Assembly: GCA_027293415.1 (NCBI GenBank)
Contig: JAPUFX010000102.1
Coordinates: forward strand, 4,803-68,802
Source of the DNA: Candidatus Methylomirabilota bacterium
GTDB taxonomy: Bacteria; Methylomirabilota; Methylomirabilia; Methylomirabilales; CSP1-5
DNA: 64,000 nt
Reading direction: 5' to 3'
The notes below the pieces were generated by a model. The model was not told where the DNA came from, ran no database searches, and saw nothing but the letters and a program-made list of their open reading frames with translations. Positions 45,610 to 57,105 of this stretch are shown here, piece after piece; positions within the stretch are counted from its first letter, which is position 1; every line of letters starts with the position of its first letter. The translations under genes and the position numbers were made by a program.

Positions 45610-47411
45610 TGATATTGGATAAATATGAGACGCACGACTACGATGTGATTGTGGTGGGGGCGGGGGGCGCAGGGCTCCGCGCCGCCATTGAGGCCTCAGC
45701 ACAGGGCGCCCGGACGGCACTCGTCTGCAAGTCACTCTTAGGAAAGGCCCACACGGTGATGGCCGAAGGAGGCATTGCGGCGGCGCTGGGGAACATCTAC
45801 CCCGAGGACAATTGGCAGGTGCACTTTCGCGACACCATGCGCGGAGGCAAGATGCTCTGCAATTGGCGCATGGCGCAGCTCCATGCGCAAGAAGCGCCGG
45901 CGCGCGTACTCGAGTTGGAGGCGTGGGGGGCGCTTTTTGATCGGACGAAAGATGGTCGAATCCTCCAGCGCGACTTCGGGGGCCACCGCTACGCACGCCT
46001 CGCGCACGTTGGCGACCGCACCGGCTTAGAGATGATCCGGACCCTTCAGCAGCATGCGGTCCACAAAGGGATCGATGTCTTCATGGAATGCACTATCTTC
46101 CGCCTATTGAAGGACGGAGACCGGATCGCTGGAGCCTTCGGATACTGGCGGGACAGCGGTTGTTTTGTTGTCTTTAAAGCCAAGGCGATCGTTCTCGCGA
46201 CCGGTGGCATCGGCAAGGCCTGGAAGATCACGTCAAACTCCTGGGAGTACACCGGAGACGGCCTTTCCCTCTCCTGCTGGGCTGGTGCGGACCTGATGGA
46301 CATGGAGTTCGTTCAATTTCACCCGACAGGAATGGTCTGGCCTCCAAGCGTCCGCGGCATCTTGGTTACTGAAGGCGTTCGGGGCGATGGCGGAACGCTC
46401 ACGAACTCGCTCGGAGAGCGTTTTATGTTCAAGTACATTCCCGAGTTCTTCCGGGCGGAGACTGCCGAGACGGAGGCGGAAGCTGACCGGTGGTATACCG
46501 ACAAGAAGAACAATCGACGCACGCCGGATCTGCTGCCACGTGACGAGGTGGCCCGGGCGATCAATGCGGAAGTGAAAGCCGGGCGGGGGAGTCCGCACGG
46601 CGGCGTCTTCCTTGATATCGCAAACCGCCGCGACCCCGAGTATATCAAGCGGCGGCTTCCCTCCATGTACCACCAGTTCAAGGAACTGGCCGACGTCGAC
46701 ATCACAAAACAATCCATGGAGGTCGGTCCCACCTGCCACTACGTCATGGGCGGGGTGCGAGTAGATGCCGATACGACAGCAGCGACTGTTCCGGGGCTCT
46801 TTGCCGCGGGCGAAGTAGCCGCGGGTATGCACGGGGCAAACCGTCTAGGCGGCAACTCGCTCTCCGATCTGGTCGTGTTCGGGCGTCGAGCGGGCTTGTA
46901 CTCGGCTGAGTATGCGAAAAACTTTCAGGGAACGCTCACGATTGATGTGGGCCAGGTCGAAGCGATGGCCCGGGAGTGTCTCGAGCCATTCGAGCGGAGT
47001 GGGACAGAGAATCCATATACGATTCACCAAGACCTCCAGGAGTGTATGCAGAGCCTGGTCGGGATAATTCGGACCGAGGGTGAGCTGAAGAAAGCACTGG
47101 ACGAAATCGGGGTGCTGCGTGAACGGACCCGTCGGATCAAGATCGGTGGGAACCGCGAGTATAACCCTGCCTGGCATCTGGCCCTCGATTTAGATTCGTT
47201 GCTCACGGTCTCCGAAATAGTGACTCGAGCAGCAATGGAGCGGAAGGAGAGTCGCGGCGCCCACACCCGCGAGGATTATCCAAAGATGGATCCGGCTTTC
47301 GGCAAAGCCAATGTCGTGGTGCGACAGGTGAATGGAGAAATTACCGTTCCCCAAGAGCCACTCCCGGAGATGCCTGACGACCTCAAAAAGCTGTTCGAAG
47401 GAGACAAGTAG
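45609..47411 (+). CDS. sdhA: Succinate dehydrogenase/fumarate reductase flavoprotein subunit
   Basis: VVGAGGAGLRAA, AEGG.AA, HPTG, H.MGG, and RGAH.RED. Confidence 0.92.
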   Translation: MILDKYETHDYDVIVVGAGGAGLRAAIEASAQGARTALVCKSLLGKAHTVMAEGGIAAALGNIYPEDNWQVHFRDTMRGGKMLCNWRMAQLHAQEAPARVLELEAWGALFDRTKDGRILQRDFGGHRYARLAHVGDRTGLEMIRTLQQHAVHKGIDVFMECTIFRLLKDGDRIAGAFGYWRDSGCFVVFKAKAIVLATGGIGKAWKITSNSWEYTGDGLSLSCWAGADLMDMEFVQFHPTGMVWPPSVRGILVTEGVRGDGGTLTNSLGERFMFKYIPEFFRAETAETEAEADRWYTDKKNNRRTPDLLPRDEVARAINAEVKAGRGSPHGGVFLDIANRRDPEYIKRRLPSMYHQFKELADVDITKQSMEVGPTCHYVMGGVRVDADTTAATVPGLFAAGEVAAGMHGANRLGGNSLSDLVVFGRRAGLYSAEYAKNFQGTLTIDVGQVEAMARECLEPFERSGTENPYTIHQDLQECMQSLVGIIRTEGELKKALDEIGVLRERTRRIKIGGNREYNPAWHLALDLDSLLTVSEIVTRAAMERKESRGAHTREDYPKMDPAFGKANVVVRQVNGEITVPQEPLPEMPDDLKKLFEGDK

Positions 47412-48158
47412 ATGAGGGACTTCACCTTTCGCGTCTGGCGAGGCGACGAGACCGGCGGAGGCTTGCAGGAGTACCGTGTCCCCGTCGAGGAGGGGATGGT
47501 GGTCTTGGACGTCATCCACCGGATTCAGGCGATGCATGCTAACGATTTGGCCGTCCGGTGGAACTGCAAGGCAGGCAAGTGCGGCTCCTGCAGTGCCGAG
47601 GTCAACGGTAAGCCACGGCTCATGTGTATGGCCCGGATGAGCCTTTTTTCGGCGGACGAGCCCATCACTGTCGCCCCCATGAAGACGTTCCCCCTTGTCA
47701 GAGATCTGGTGACCGATGTGTCGTACAATTACGAGGTGGCCAAGCAGATCCCGACCTTCAAACCGGGGCCGCCCGAGCCGGATGGCACTTATCGAATGAT
47801 GCAGGAGGACATCGACCGAGCACAGGAGTTCCACAAGTGCATCGAATGCTTTCTCTGCCAGAACGTCTGTCATGTCATCCGAGATCATCCAGATAAGATG
47901 AGAGCATTTGCCGGCCCGCGGTTCTTTGTGCGTATCGCCGCCCTCGAAATGCACCCCCTGGACACCGATTCCCGGACCGAACTGCTCCGTGCGAAAGCAG
48001 GACTTGGATTCTGCAACATTACCAAGTGCTGTACCGAGGTCTGTCCAGAACACATTCACATTACGGACAATGTCATCATTCCCCTCAAAGAGCGGGTGGT
48101 AGACGAATACTACGACCCGGTCGTGTGGCTGATTAAGAAGGTAAGAGGAAAAAAATAG
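47412..48158 (+). CDS. sdhB: Succinate dehydrogenase/fumarate reductase iron-sulfur subunit
   Basis: The Cys clusters are C..G.CGSC....NG, C..CF.C...C, and C.....C...CP. Confidence 0.9.
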   Translation: MRDFTFRVWRGDETGGGLQEYRVPVEEGMVVLDVIHRIQAMHANDLAVRWNCKAGKCGSCSAEVNGKPRLMCMARMSLFSADEPITVAPMKTFPLVRDLVTDVSYNYEVAKQIPTFKPGPPEPDGTYRMMQEDIDRAQEFHKCIECFLCQNVCHVIRDHPDKMRAFAGPRFFVRIAALEMHPLDTDSRTELLRAKAGLGFCNITKCCTEVCPEHIHITDNVIIPLKERVVDEYYDPVVWLIKKVRGKK

Positions 48159-48201
48159 GTCCCCTGGCTCCATCCGCTCCGGTCGAACCTGCGAGGTGAA
48201 C

Positions 48202-49383
48202 ATGAAGATTCACGAGTATCAAGCAAAAGAAATTCTCGCTGCTTACGGCGTCCCTGTTCCCCAAGGAGAAGTTGTTACCGCTGCCTCCGATGCCAAGAGG
48301 GCGGCTTCACGGCTTGGGGGGACTGTGGTGGTTAAGGCCCAAATCCATGCAGGGGGACGAGGAAAAGGGGGCGGGGTGAAGTTGGCCCGATCAGCAGAGG
48401 AGGCGGAACGGATTGCTAGTGAAATACTCGGAAAGCCTCTTGTCACTCCTCAGACCGGACCTGAAGGAACGATTGTCCGGCAGGTGCTGATCGAAGAGGG
48501 AGTTGACATTCGCCGGGAACTCTATGCTGGAATTGTTCTCGATCGAAAGGCAAGCATGCCTGTCGTGATGGCCAGCGAGGCCGGAGGGATGGAAATTGAA
48601 GAAGTGGCGGCCCGCAGCCCGGAAAAGATCTTGAAAGTTGCCGTCGACCCCGCGGTCGGATTCTCTGCCTTCGCCGGGAGAAAACTCGCATACGGGCTTG
48701 CGCTGGACGGAGGATTAGCAGCCCAGGGTGCAGACCTCTTCTCAAAACTCTATCGTGTCTTTCAAGAAAAGGACTGTTCATTGGCCGAAATTAATCCTCT
48801 GGTGCAAACGGACGGAGGGCTCCTCGCGCTTGATGCAAAGATTACTTTTGATGATAATGGCCTCTTCCGCCACCAGGAGATCGTTGCGCTTCGAGATCTT
48901 CACGAGGAGTCCCCACTGGAGGTTGAGGCATCGCACTTTCGCCTCAGTTACATCAAGTTAGATGGGACCGTGGGGTGTATGGTAAACGGGGCTGGCCTCG
49001 CCATGGCCACCATGGACATCATCAAGCTCGCTGGAGGCGAGCCGGCAAATTTCCTTGACGTAGGAGGAGGGGCGAGCGCGGAACAGATTGAAAATGCCTT
49101 TCGCATCCTCCTTGCGGACAAAGGGATCCGGGCTGTTCTGATCAATATCTTTGGAGGCATCCTTCGTTGCGATCGCCTTGCAGAGGGACTGATTCAGGCG
49201 GTGAAGACCCTGCAGGTAAAGGTCCCTGTGGTGATCCGGATGGAGGGGACCAATGTAGAGCTGGGCAGGCAGATGCTTGAGGAATCTGGACTCAATTTCC
49301 TCACCGCCAGCACGATGGCCGATGCCGCAACCCGGGCGGTCGAGGCCGCCAAGGGGGTTCACAGTTCAGGGTTCAGAGTCTAG
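48202..49383 (+). CDS. sucC: Succinyl-CoA synthetase beta subunit
   Basis: [11 protein letters not shown]...GVP.P, NIFGGI.RCD. The C-terminal ...VHSSGFRV tail is encoded by the repeat element described in the findings. Confidence 0.93.
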   Translation: MKIHEYQAKEILAAYGVPVPQGEVVTAASDAKRAASRLGGTVVVKAQIHAGGRGKGGGVKLARSAEEAERIASEILGKPLVTPQTGPEGTIVRQVLIEEGVDIRRELYAGIVLDRKASMPVVMASEAGGMEIEEVAARSPEKILKVAVDPAVGFSAFAGRKLAYGLALDGGLAAQGADLFSKLYRVFQEKDCSLAEINPLVQTDGGLLALDAKITFDDNGLFRHQEIVALRDLHEESPLEVEASHFRLSYIKLDGTVGCMVNGAGLAMATMDIIKLAGGEPANFLDVGGGASAEQIENAFRILLADKGIRAVLINIFGGILRCDRLAEGLIQAVKTLQVKVPVVIRMEGTNVELGRQMLEESGLNFLTASTMADAATRAVEAAKGVHSSGFRV

Positions 49384-49464
49384 GGTGAAGAGTTCCGGGT
49401 TGGGTTCGTCGGTGATGGGGGAATCGCTACAATTTTCATGAACTCTGAACCTTGAACCCTGAAC
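49357..49464 (+). repeat. Heptad-repeat inverted repeat (23-nt arms, 62-nt spacer) spanning the sucC stop
   Basis: The left arm gttcaca gttcagg gttcagagt pairs with the right arm actctgaac cttgaac cctgaac. That gives 20 Watson-Crick pairs, 1 G-U pair and 2 mismatches. Confidence 0.7.
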
Positions 49465-49476
49465 GGGTCAAGAGCG

Positions 49477-50352
49477 ATGAGCATACTGGTCGATAACAAT
49501 ACACGGCTCGTGGTCCAAGGGATTACGGGAAAAGAAGGAAGCTTCCACGCCCGGGGGTGTCTCGAGTATGGCACGAAGGTAGTGGCGGGGGTGACCCCCG
49601 GCAAGGGAGGGGTGATCCACGAGGGAATCCCTGTCTTCAATTCCGTTATCCAAAGCGTGCAGGAGACCGGTGCTAATACCTCCTTGATCTTTGTTCCCCC
49701 AGCCTTTGCCGCGGATGCTATTCTCGAGGCAGCTGATGCAGGCATCGCCGTGATCGTGTGCATCACCGAGGGCATTCCCGCCCTGGACATGGTGAAAGTC
49801 TCACGATATCTGCAGGGAAAGACCACTCGGCTCGTGGGCCCCAACTGCCCCGGAGTGATCTCTCCAGGCAAGGCCAAGGTGGGGATCATGCCTGGTCACA
49901 TCCATTTGCCGGGTCCAGTTGGAGTGATATCACGAAGCGGAACCCTCACCTATGAGGCAGTGTGGCAGTTGACCCAGCGAGGGATCGGACAATCCACGTG
50001 TGTGGGGGTTGGTGGCGATCAAATTATCGGGACCAACTTTGTAGATTGTCTCCATCTCTTTCGAGATGATCCCCAGACGGAGGCCGTTCTCCTCATAGGG
50101 GAGATCGGAGGGACCGCTGAAGAGGAAGCCGCCACCTTCGTCAAGGCACACATCGATAGGACAGTCATCGGGTATGTGGCGGGGATGACGGCCCCGCCGG
50201 GCCGCCGCATGGGACATGCCGGTGCCATTATCGCGGGAGGAAAGGGAACGGCCACGGAGAAGATCCACGCTATGGAAGCTGCAGGAATCCGTGTCTGCCG
50301 GTCCCCAGCTGAGATGGGGATGATGGTGGAAAAAAGCCTCCAAGGTAGATAG
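49477..50352 (+). CDS. sucD: Succinyl-CoA synthetase alpha subunit
   Basis: [18 protein letters not shown], and GHAGA. Confidence 0.93.
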   Translation: MSILVDNNTRLVVQGITGKEGSFHARGCLEYGTKVVAGVTPGKGGVIHEGIPVFNSVIQSVQETGANTSLIFVPPAFAADAILEAADAGIAVIVCITEGIPALDMVKVSRYLQGKTTRLVGPNCPGVISPGKAKVGIMPGHIHLPGPVGVISRSGTLTYEAVWQLTQRGIGQSTCVGVGGDQIIGTNFVDCLHLFRDDPQTEAVLLIGEIGGTAEEEAATFVKAHIDRTVIGYVAGMTAPPGRRMGHAGAIIAGGKGTATEKIHAMEAAGIRVCRSPAEMGMMVEKSLQGR

Positions 50353-50407
50353 CCAGGAGGAGGCGTCCAGGGAGCTGTGTCGTTGAATTCACGGCGCTCC
50401 GAGACAA

Positions 50408-50439
50408 GGCCACCTGTGTTCCAGGTGGCCTTTGTTCTG
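50408..50439 (+). terminator. Rho-independent terminator after sucD
   Basis: ggccacctg tgttc caggtggcc forms a perfect 9-bp stem, followed by tttgttctg. Confidence 0.7.
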
Positions 50440-50452
50440 AAAGGGGGCAGGC

Positions 50453-50878
50453 ATGGAGCAGACGTTGGCGATTGTAAAACCGGATGCGGTCGACCGCGGG
50501 AAGACCGGCGAAATCATCCGCCGTTTCGAGGAGGCAGGGCTCCAGATCTGTGGCCTGAAAATGGTTCGCATGGAAAGACAAGAAGCCGAGCAATTTTATC
50601 GTGTCCACCGTGAACGTCCCTTTTTTGAAAGCCTGACTACCTTCATGAGCTCGGGGCCCTCGGTGGTCATGGTCTTGCAGGGAGAAAAATCGATCTCGAC
50701 CGTGCGTGCTATAATGGGGGCTACAGACCCGGCCCAGGCGTCCCCCGGAACCATTCGGCGGGAATTTGGCACGGGTATTGAGCGAAATGCGATCCACGGG
50801 TCTGATTCGCCAGAGTCTGCGACCTTTGAGGTCCCCTACTTCTTCGCGGAGATTGAGATCTTGAGATTCGGGATGTGA
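50453..50878 (+). CDS. ndk: Nucleoside diphosphate kinase
   Basis: TLAIVKPDAV, and NA.HGSDS with the catalytic His. Confidence 0.93.
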   Translation: MEQTLAIVKPDAVDRGKTGEIIRRFEEAGLQICGLKMVRMERQEAEQFYRVHRERPFFESLTTFMSSGPSVVMVLQGEKSISTVRAIMGATDPAQASPGTIRREFGTGIERNAIHGSDSPESATFEVPYFFAEIEILRFGM

Positions 50879-50978
50879 GGGTTGCGTTGCTGGCACAGTG
50901 GCGGAGCACTGAAGCGTGTGCATCGCATAGAACGCTGTTATGTCGCGGGGTTATCTGGAGATTGTTCAGGTTTTTCCC

Positions 50979-51007
50979 TTGACATCGCGAGGTACCCTCA
51001 GTATAAT
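50979..51007 (+). promoter_or_regulatory. Consensus sigma-70 promoter for the yceD-rpmF-plsX-fab operon
   Basis: TTGACA, 17 nt, TATAAT, all exact. It lies 27 nt upstream of the yceD start. Confidence 0.65.
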
Positions 51008-51033
51008 TCGCCACATTTGTGAGGTGAAACTGG

Positions 51034-51546
51034 ATGTTCGTTGACATCACCCAGATTCCGTCAGAGGGTCTGGAAGTTCAGTTCCGTGAGGCCGAGGATT
51101 TTCTTGATCCCTCTGGGGAAAGGGTTCATCCGCTCCGGCCAGTTGAGGCCACGCTGCATTTCTGTCGGTCCTCTACCGGGGTCTCGGTGCGGGGGGAGAT
51201 CTCGTCGCACCTCGAGCTCCATTGCAGTCGGTGTTTCGAGTTCTTTAGCCTGCCGGTTTCTGAGGGTTTCGAGGTTCGATATCGCGGCCCCCTCGGGGCC
51301 AGTGTTGAAGAGGACCATGAACTGGGTCCTGAAGAACTGGATGTAAGCTTCCTCGAAGGGGCACAGATTAATGTCGCGGGGCTCGTCCGGGAGAATGTCC
51401 TCCTGGCCCTGCCGGTAAAGCCCTTGTGCCATGAAGGATGCCGGGGGCTCTGCCCCCAATGCGGGAAGAACCTGAACGAGGGGCCCTGCCCTTGTTCCAG
51501 TGCCCGCCTTGATCCACGTTGGAGGGAGTTGGAGTCGCTCTTGTAG
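51034..51546 (+). CDS. yceD: YceD/DUF177 family protein (large-subunit rRNA accumulation protein)
   Basis: Contains C.R.C.......(...)C.E.C.GLCP.CG.NLN...C.C, and occupies the conserved position upstream of rpmF. Confidence 0.8.
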   Translation: MFVDITQIPSEGLEVQFREAEDFLDPSGERVHPLRPVEATLHFCRSSTGVSVRGEISSHLELHCSRCFEFFSLPVSEGFEVRYRGPLGASVEEDHELGPEELDVSFLEGAQINVAGLVRENVLLALPVKPLCHEGCRGLCPQCGKNLNEGPCPCSSARLDPRWRELESLL

Positions 51547-51565
51547 CAGGCAAGAGGAGAGGATC

Positions 51566-51748
51566 GTGGGGCTTCCCAAACGTCGCCATTCCAACGCGCG
51601 AACCAGGAAACGCAGAGCGCATGATGCTCTTTCTGTGCCCGCGGTGACGGTGTGCCCTCACTGTCGAGAGAGGAAACTCCCCCATCGGGTCTGCCCGAGC
51701 TGTGGCACCTACCGGGGCCGTGAGGTCGTCAAGCAGCAAGAGACATAG
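51566..51748 (+). CDS. rpmF: 50S ribosomal protein L32
   Basis: (M)GLPKRRHSNARTRKRRAH plus a CPHC....H..CP.CG zinc ribbon. The GTG start follows gaggagagg. Confidence 0.9.
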   Translation: MGLPKRRHSNARTRKRRAHDALSVPAVTVCPHCRERKLPHRVCPSCGTYRGREVVKQQET

Positions 51749-51784
51749 GGAAGAAGCCGTCAATGCCCGGGACGGCGAGGCGGG

Positions 51785-52816
51785 ATGGATATCAAACCCT
51801 TTTGGCTAGCCCACCGCGGTCGAGTGACGATTGCCCTGGACGCCATGGGCGGAGATGGCGGTGTCGCCGTCACCGTGAATGGCGCAGTTGCGGCTGCCCG
51901 AGAGTTAAACCTTTCTGTGATCCTCGTCGGGGTTGAGGATGAGATTGCCAGAGAGCTTTCCCGACTTGACACCCGGAAGGTGGACATCCGCATTCGACAC
52001 GCCCCTGAGGTGGTGGAGATGCGTGAGTCCCCTGCAGTGGCACTCCGGAAAAAGAAGGATTCGTCAATCAGGGTAGGGGTTGACCTCGTCAAGGAGGGGG
52101 AAGCCGAGGCTATCGTGAGCGCTGGAAACACCGGGGCGGTCATGGCCACCGCTTTGGTCATTCTGGGGCCCCTGGCCGGTGTGGAACGGCCTGCGATTGC
52201 TGCCCAATTGCCCACCCTCGGTGGATACGCCATTCTCGTGGATGCCGGGGCAAACGTGGACAGTAAGCCTCGGCACCTTGTTCAATTTGCCATCATGGGC
52301 ACGGTCTATGCAAGGAAGGTCCTGGGAAAATCGGATCCGCGGGTCGGCCTGCTCAGCATTGGAGAAGAAGAGACGAAGGGAAACGAGCTCACCAGGGAGG
52401 CATTCCGTTCGTTGGAGGATGAGCCTGGAGTAGACTTCATTGGCAACATCGAGGGTGTTGATGTCTTCAACGGAAAAGCCGATGTGGTAGTTTGTGATGG
52501 CTTTACTGGAAATGTTGCGCTGAAGATCGGTGAGAGTGCGGCTGAGATGATGCTCACCCTCTTCAAGGAGCAGTTGAATCGCGGCCTGCTCGGGAAGGTG
52601 GGCATGTTGCTTCTCCGGTCATCGCTGGAGCGTTTCCACCGACGCATCGATTACACGGAGTACGGCGGCGCCCCGCTCCTCGGTGTGAGCGGGGTTGTTG
52701 TCATTGGCCACGGGCGATCGACGGCCAAGGCGATCAAGAACGGGGTTCGCGTAGCGGCGGACTGCGTCAAAAATCGGATGATCGAGAGCATTCGGGAAGG
52801 GGTCGCCCACAGCTAG
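51785..52816 (+). CDS. plsX: Phosphate acyltransferase PlsX
   Basis: IALDAMGGD, SAGNTGA, and GG..LLG..G.VV..HG.S. Confidence 0.92.
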   Translation: MDIKPFWLAHRGRVTIALDAMGGDGGVAVTVNGAVAAARELNLSVILVGVEDEIARELSRLDTRKVDIRIRHAPEVVEMRESPAVALRKKKDSSIRVGVDLVKEGEAEAIVSAGNTGAVMATALVILGPLAGVERPAIAAQLPTLGGYAILVDAGANVDSKPRHLVQFAIMGTVYARKVLGKSDPRVGLLSIGEEETKGNELTREAFRSLEDEPGVDFIGNIEGVDVFNGKADVVVCDGFTGNVALKIGESAAEMMLTLFKEQLNRGLLGKVGMLLLRSSLERFHRRIDYTEYGGAPLLGVSGVVVIGHGRSTAKAIKNGVRVAADCVKNRMIESIREGVAHS

Positions 52817-52824
52817 GGGGGGTC

Positions 52825-53808
52825 ATGGAGCGGAGCCGAATTATCGGCACGGGATCAGGGGTACCATCGCGGATCTTGCGGAACGCGGACCTGCAAGGGC
52901 TGGTCGAGACCAGTGATGAGTGGGTCACTTCTCGAACAGGGATCTCGGAACGACGGATCTGCAGTCAAGGTGAAGATACGGCTACCCTTGCGGAGACGGC
53001 AGCAGTTCAGGCTCTGGAGGCTGCCTCACTCGACCCGATTGATCTAGACCTTATCCTGGTGGCCACCATCACTCCTGCCCTTCTGTTCCCGGCCACGGCG
53101 TGTCTCCTTCAGGACCGATTACATGCCCGGCGGGCGGCGGCCCTTGATGTTTCAGCCGCCTGTTCAGGGTTCATCTATGGTCTCGCCATTGCGGATAACT
53201 TCATCCGAACCGGGATGTATCGAACCATTCTCCTCGTGGGTTCCGAAACTCTCTCCACCCTCACCGATTGGAGTGACCGGAACACCTGTGTCCTGTTTGG
53301 GGATGGAGCAGGGGCAGTCGTTCTCCAGGGCCAAAAGGGGGATGGGGGAGTTCTCTCCACACATTTGTACTCTGACGGAACGCAGTGGGATCTTCTGGTG
53401 GCACCGGGGGGCGGATCGCGGTGTCCCGTGACACCCGAGGTCCTCGAGCAACGTCTCAACACGATCAAAATGCCAAACGGCAATGAGGTGTTTCGGATCG
53501 CCGTCCGGGCCATGGAGGACGCCTGTATCGCGGCCTTAAAACACAACCGTCTGGAGATCTCGGACGTCGATCTGCTTGTTCCCCACCAGGCCAACAGCCG
53601 AATCATTCAGGCGCTCGCCCATCGGCTCTCCCTTCCTCCGGAGAAGGTAGTTACCAACATTGTTCGGTTCGGGAATACATCGGCCGCCTCCGTTCCTCTA
53701 GCTCTGGATGAGGCGGTTCGCACCGGAAAGGTTCGTGAAGGGGACCTCATTATCTTAGTGGCATTTGGTGGAGGGCTGACCTGGGGCTCGGCGGTGGTTC
53801 GTTGGTAG
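52825..53808 (+). CDS. fabH: 3-oxoacyl-ACP synthase III
   Basis: D.SAACSGF.YGL, PHQAN.RI, and GNTSAAS.P.AL. Confidence 0.92.
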   Translation: MERSRIIGTGSGVPSRILRNADLQGLVETSDEWVTSRTGISERRICSQGEDTATLAETAAVQALEAASLDPIDLDLILVATITPALLFPATACLLQDRLHARRAAALDVSAACSGFIYGLAIADNFIRTGMYRTILLVGSETLSTLTDWSDRNTCVLFGDGAGAVVLQGQKGDGGVLSTHLYSDGTQWDLLVAPGGGSRCPVTPEVLEQRLNTIKMPNGNEVFRIAVRAMEDACIAALKHNRLEISDVDLLVPHQANSRIIQALAHRLSLPPEKVVTNIVRFGNTSAASVPLALDEAVRTGKVREGDLIILVAFGGGLTWGSAVVRW

Positions 53809-53870
53809 AAGACCCCTCTCGGTCGACTTGGGAACAAGGGCAGCCCAAGGCACACTGCACGCAAGGGGTA

Positions 53871-54812
53871 ATGGGAGGTAAGACCGCATTCGTTTTTCCG
53901 GGTCAGGGGTCCCAGTACGTAGGCATGGGCTGGGACATGGCGCGGAACTTTCCTGCGGCGCACGCTCTCATGGAATCGGGGAGTGAGGTCCTTGGGCTCG
54001 ATCTGGGGCGTCTTTGCTTTGCGAGCACCGAGGAGGAACTCAGCCTAACGGCCAACACGCAGCCAGCAGTCCTAACGGTAAGCACCATGGTCTTAACCGT
54101 TCTCCGTGAGCAAGGAATTCATCCAGACTTTGTGGCTGGGCACAGTCTGGGAGAGTATACGGCTCTCGTCGCTGCGGGGTCGTTAGCCTATTCGGATGCG
54201 CTACGGGCGGTCCGGCGCCGTGGAGAACTGATGCAGGAGGCGGTCGCCGTCGGGGCCGGTGCCATGGCTGCCATCATCGGTCTCAGTCCTGATACGGTGG
54301 AAGAGATCTGTCGGGACGCTGCCCGGGGCGAAGTCGTTGAGGTGGCGAATTTAAATGCACCGACGCAGACGGTGGTGGCGGGGCATACTGTCGCCGTGAA
54401 CCGCACGTCCGTGGCCGCCCGAGCCAGGGGAGCAAAGCGGGTCCTTTTCCTACCCGTGAGTGCCCCGTTTCACTCGAGCCTGATGCGGTCCATCGCGAAG
54501 GAATTCGCGACCGTATTGGGCGGATTGGACATCCGCGCTCCAAATGTCCCATTCATTGCTGGCCTTGACGCGGAACCCAAGCGGACTGCAGCGCAGGTGA
54601 CCCAGAGCCTAATCGAACAGCTCGACCATCCCGTCCGATGGGTCGAAGTCATCCGCCGTCTGACTCGGGAGGGTGTGGAAACCTTCATCGAACTCGGGCC
54701 AGGAAAGGTCCTCTCGGGGCTGATCAAGCGGATCGATGAAATGGTGCGAGTCTACTACATCGAGGACCGGAAGAGTCTAAAGGAGACCCTCGCCGCAACG
54801 GCTAAGGCATGA
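53871..54812 (+). CDS. fabD: Malonyl-CoA-ACP transacylase
   Basis: ORF 53802..54812; I chose ATG 53871. Contains [18 protein letters not shown], and VS.PFHS. Confidence 0.92.
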   Translation: MGGKTAFVFPGQGSQYVGMGWDMARNFPAAHALMESGSEVLGLDLGRLCFASTEEELSLTANTQPAVLTVSTMVLTVLREQGIHPDFVAGHSLGEYTALVAAGSLAYSDALRAVRRRGELMQEAVAVGAGAMAAIIGLSPDTVEEICRDAARGEVVEVANLNAPTQTVVAGHTVAVNRTSVAARARGAKRVLFLPVSAPFHSSLMRSIAKEFATVLGGLDIRAPNVPFIAGLDAEPKRTAAQVTQSLIEQLDHPVRWVEVIRRLTREGVETFIELGPGKVLSGLIKRIDEMVRVYYIEDRKSLKETLAATAKA

Positions 54813-55549
54813 CCCTGCAAGGAAAGGTCGCTGTTGTCACCGGAGGGTCGCGTGGAATCGGCCGAGCGGTGGCTACAGTATTGGCCAGGGAGGGCGCGGT
54901 GATCACGCTCTGCGCGCGAGACCGTGTCCTACTCGAGAAAGTTGCAGCAGAGCTTGAGTCTTCGGGAGTTCAAGCTTTGGCGGTTCAGGCTGATGTCACG
55001 CGGGCCTCCGAGGTCGAGCAGATGATAGGGGCGTGTGTCGAGCGGTTCGGGCAGGTCGATATCCTGGTGAACAATGCCGGGATCACCCGGGATAATCTCT
55101 TGCTCCGGATGAAAGATGAAGAGTGGGATGCGGTGCTGAGCACGAATCTGAAAGGGGTATTCCACTGCACCCGGGCTGTCCTGCGACCTATGATCAAACA
55201 GCGGAGTGGGCGGATCATCAATCTCACCTCCGTGGTGGCAGTCATGGGGAATCCCGGCCAGGCCAACTACGTCGCTGCCAAGGCTGGGATCATCGGTCTC
55301 ACCAAGGCCACCGCCAGGGAGGTGGCCTCGCGGGGCATTACGGCGAACGCCGTGGCCCCTGGATTCATTGAAACGGATATGACACACGCCTTGGATCTTG
55401 AGCTTCAGGAGCAGATGCGCTCGCAAATTCCTCTCGGGAGATTCGGAAGACCTGAAGACGTTGCAGAACTCGTGGCGTTTCTTGCCTCGGATCGAGCAGC
55501 CTACATTACGGGTCAGGTTATCCATCTGAACGGCGGTCTTTGGATGTGA
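54809..55549 (+). CDS. fabG: 3-oxoacyl-ACP reductase
   Basis: [13 protein letters not shown], and Y.A.KAG..G. Confidence 0.92.
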   Translation: MTLQGKVAVVTGGSRGIGRAVATVLAREGAVITLCARDRVLLEKVAAELESSGVQALAVQADVTRASEVEQMIGACVERFGQVDILVNNAGITRDNLLLRMKDEEWDAVLSTNLKGVFHCTRAVLRPMIKQRSGRIINLTSVVAVMGNPGQANYVAAKAGIIGLTKATAREVASRGITANAVAPGFIETDMTHALDLELQEQMRSQIPLGRFGRPEDVAELVAFLASDRAAYITGQVIHLNGGLWM

Positions 55550-55585
55550 CAAACAGGGGGTGGTCATTTCGCTGGAGGTGAGAAG

Positions 55586-55828
55586 GTGAGCGGGACCGTG
55601 GATGTCGCGGAGAAGGTGAAAAAGATCATCGTCGAACAGCTTGGGGTTGAGGAATCTGAGGTCAAGCCCGATGCCTCCTTTATCGAAGACCTGGGGGCGG
55701 ACTCCTTGGACACCGTGGAGTTGATCATGGTTCTTGAGGAGGCATTTGAAATTGAGATTCCGGATGAGGATGCGGAGAAGATCGTGCACGTAAAGGATGC
55801 CGTGCAGTATATTACGGACCGGACCTGA
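55586..55828 (+). CDS. acpP: Acyl carrier protein
   Basis: The [14 protein letters not shown] phosphopantetheine-attachment motif is present. Confidence 0.93.
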   Translation: MSGTVDVAEKVKKIIVEQLGVEESEVKPDASFIEDLGADSLDTVELIMVLEEAFEIEIPDEDAEKIVHVKDAVQYITDRT

Positions 55829-55854
55829 AGGAGCAGAGTGCTCCAGGAGACACC

Positions 55855-57105
55855 ATGCGGCGAGTCGTGGTGACAGGGTTGGGGGTTGTCTCCCCCATTG
55901 GGATTGGGGTCGAATCTTTTTGGTCGCGCCTTTTGAACGGAACCTCTGGCGTCAAGCGAATCACTCGCTTCGACCCGATTGATCATGATTGCCAGATTGC
56001 GGCTGAGGTAAAGAACTTTGATCCCCTCACGTGGATCGAGAAGAAAGAAGTCCGGAAAATGGACCTCTTCGCCCAGTACGCGGTGGCAGCGGCCCTCCTC
56101 GCCGTTGAGGATGCCCACCTTAAAGTTTCCGATACGAACCGCGATCGAGTCGGGGTCCTGGTTGGGACGGGTATGGGCGGAATCCCGTTGCTGGTCGAGC
56201 AGCACGAGGTCCTCTTGAAGAAGGGACCCGGCCGGGTAAGTCCCTTCTTCATTCCCGGTATCATTACCAACATGGCCTCGGGGCGCATCTCGATGCAGGT
56301 GGGTGCGAAGGGTCCAAACTCGTGTGTGTCCACGGCCTGCGCCACCGGTAATCACGCCATTGGGGACTCGTTTCGCATCATTCAGCGGGGGGAGGCGGAC
56401 ATCATGCTGGCGGGCGGGAGCGAGGCGGTGATTGCCTCACTCTGCGTGGCCGGATTTAGCGCCTGCAAGGCCCTCTCCACCAGAAATAATGAACCAGAGC
56501 GGGCTAGTCGTCCCTTTGATAAGGAACGGGACGGTTTCGTCATGGGTGAGGGGGCGGCGGTACTGATCCTGGAGGCTTTAGAGCATGCCCTGGATCGCGG
56601 GGCGACGATATGCGGCGAGGTGACCGGTTACGGGATGAGTGGAGATGCGTATCACGTTACTGCTCCGGCCCCCGAAGGGGAAGGGGCAGTGCAATCCATG
56701 CAGCACGCGCTGCACGATGCTGGCCTCCGTCCAGAGGAGGTGGACTACATCAATGCTCATGGAACTTCCACCCCGTACAATGACGCCAATGAGACCTTGG
56801 CCATTAAGCGCGTTTTTGGTGATCAGGCGTATCGGATGCCCGTGAGTTCCATCAAGTCAATGATCGGTCATACATTGGGGGCCGCCGGAGCGATTGAGGC
56901 GGCAGCCACGATCTTGTCCATAAAGCATGGGGTTGTGCCGCCGACGATCAACTACGAGAACCCCGATCCCGATTGTGACCTGGACTATGTTCCGAATAAA
57001 GCCCGGAATTTGACAATCCAGGTTGGCCTAAACAACTCCTTCGGGTTTGGGGGGACGAACGCCACGCTGGTCTTCCGCCGCTACGACGGCAAAGAGAGAG
57101 GATAG
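55855..57105 (+). CDS. fabF: 3-oxoacyl-ACP synthase II
   Basis: RRVVVTG.G..SP.G, active-site context ACATG, HGTST..ND, and GH.LGAAG. Confidence 0.93.
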   Translation: MRRVVVTGLGVVSPIGIGVESFWSRLLNGTSGVKRITRFDPIDHDCQIAAEVKNFDPLTWIEKKEVRKMDLFAQYAVAAALLAVEDAHLKVSDTNRDRVGVLVGTGMGGIPLLVEQHEVLLKKGPGRVSPFFIPGIITNMASGRISMQVGAKGPNSCVSTACATGNHAIGDSFRIIQRGEADIMLAGGSEAVIASLCVAGFSACKALSTRNNEPERASRPFDKERDGFVMGEGAAVLILEALEHALDRGATICGEVTGYGMSGDAYHVTAPAPEGEGAVQSMQHALHDAGLRPEEVDYINAHGTSTPYNDANETLAIKRVFGDQAYRMPVSSIKSMIGHTLGAAGAIEAAATILSIKHGVVPPTINYENPDPDCDLDYVPNKARNLTIQVGLNNSFGFGGTNATLVFRRYDGKERG

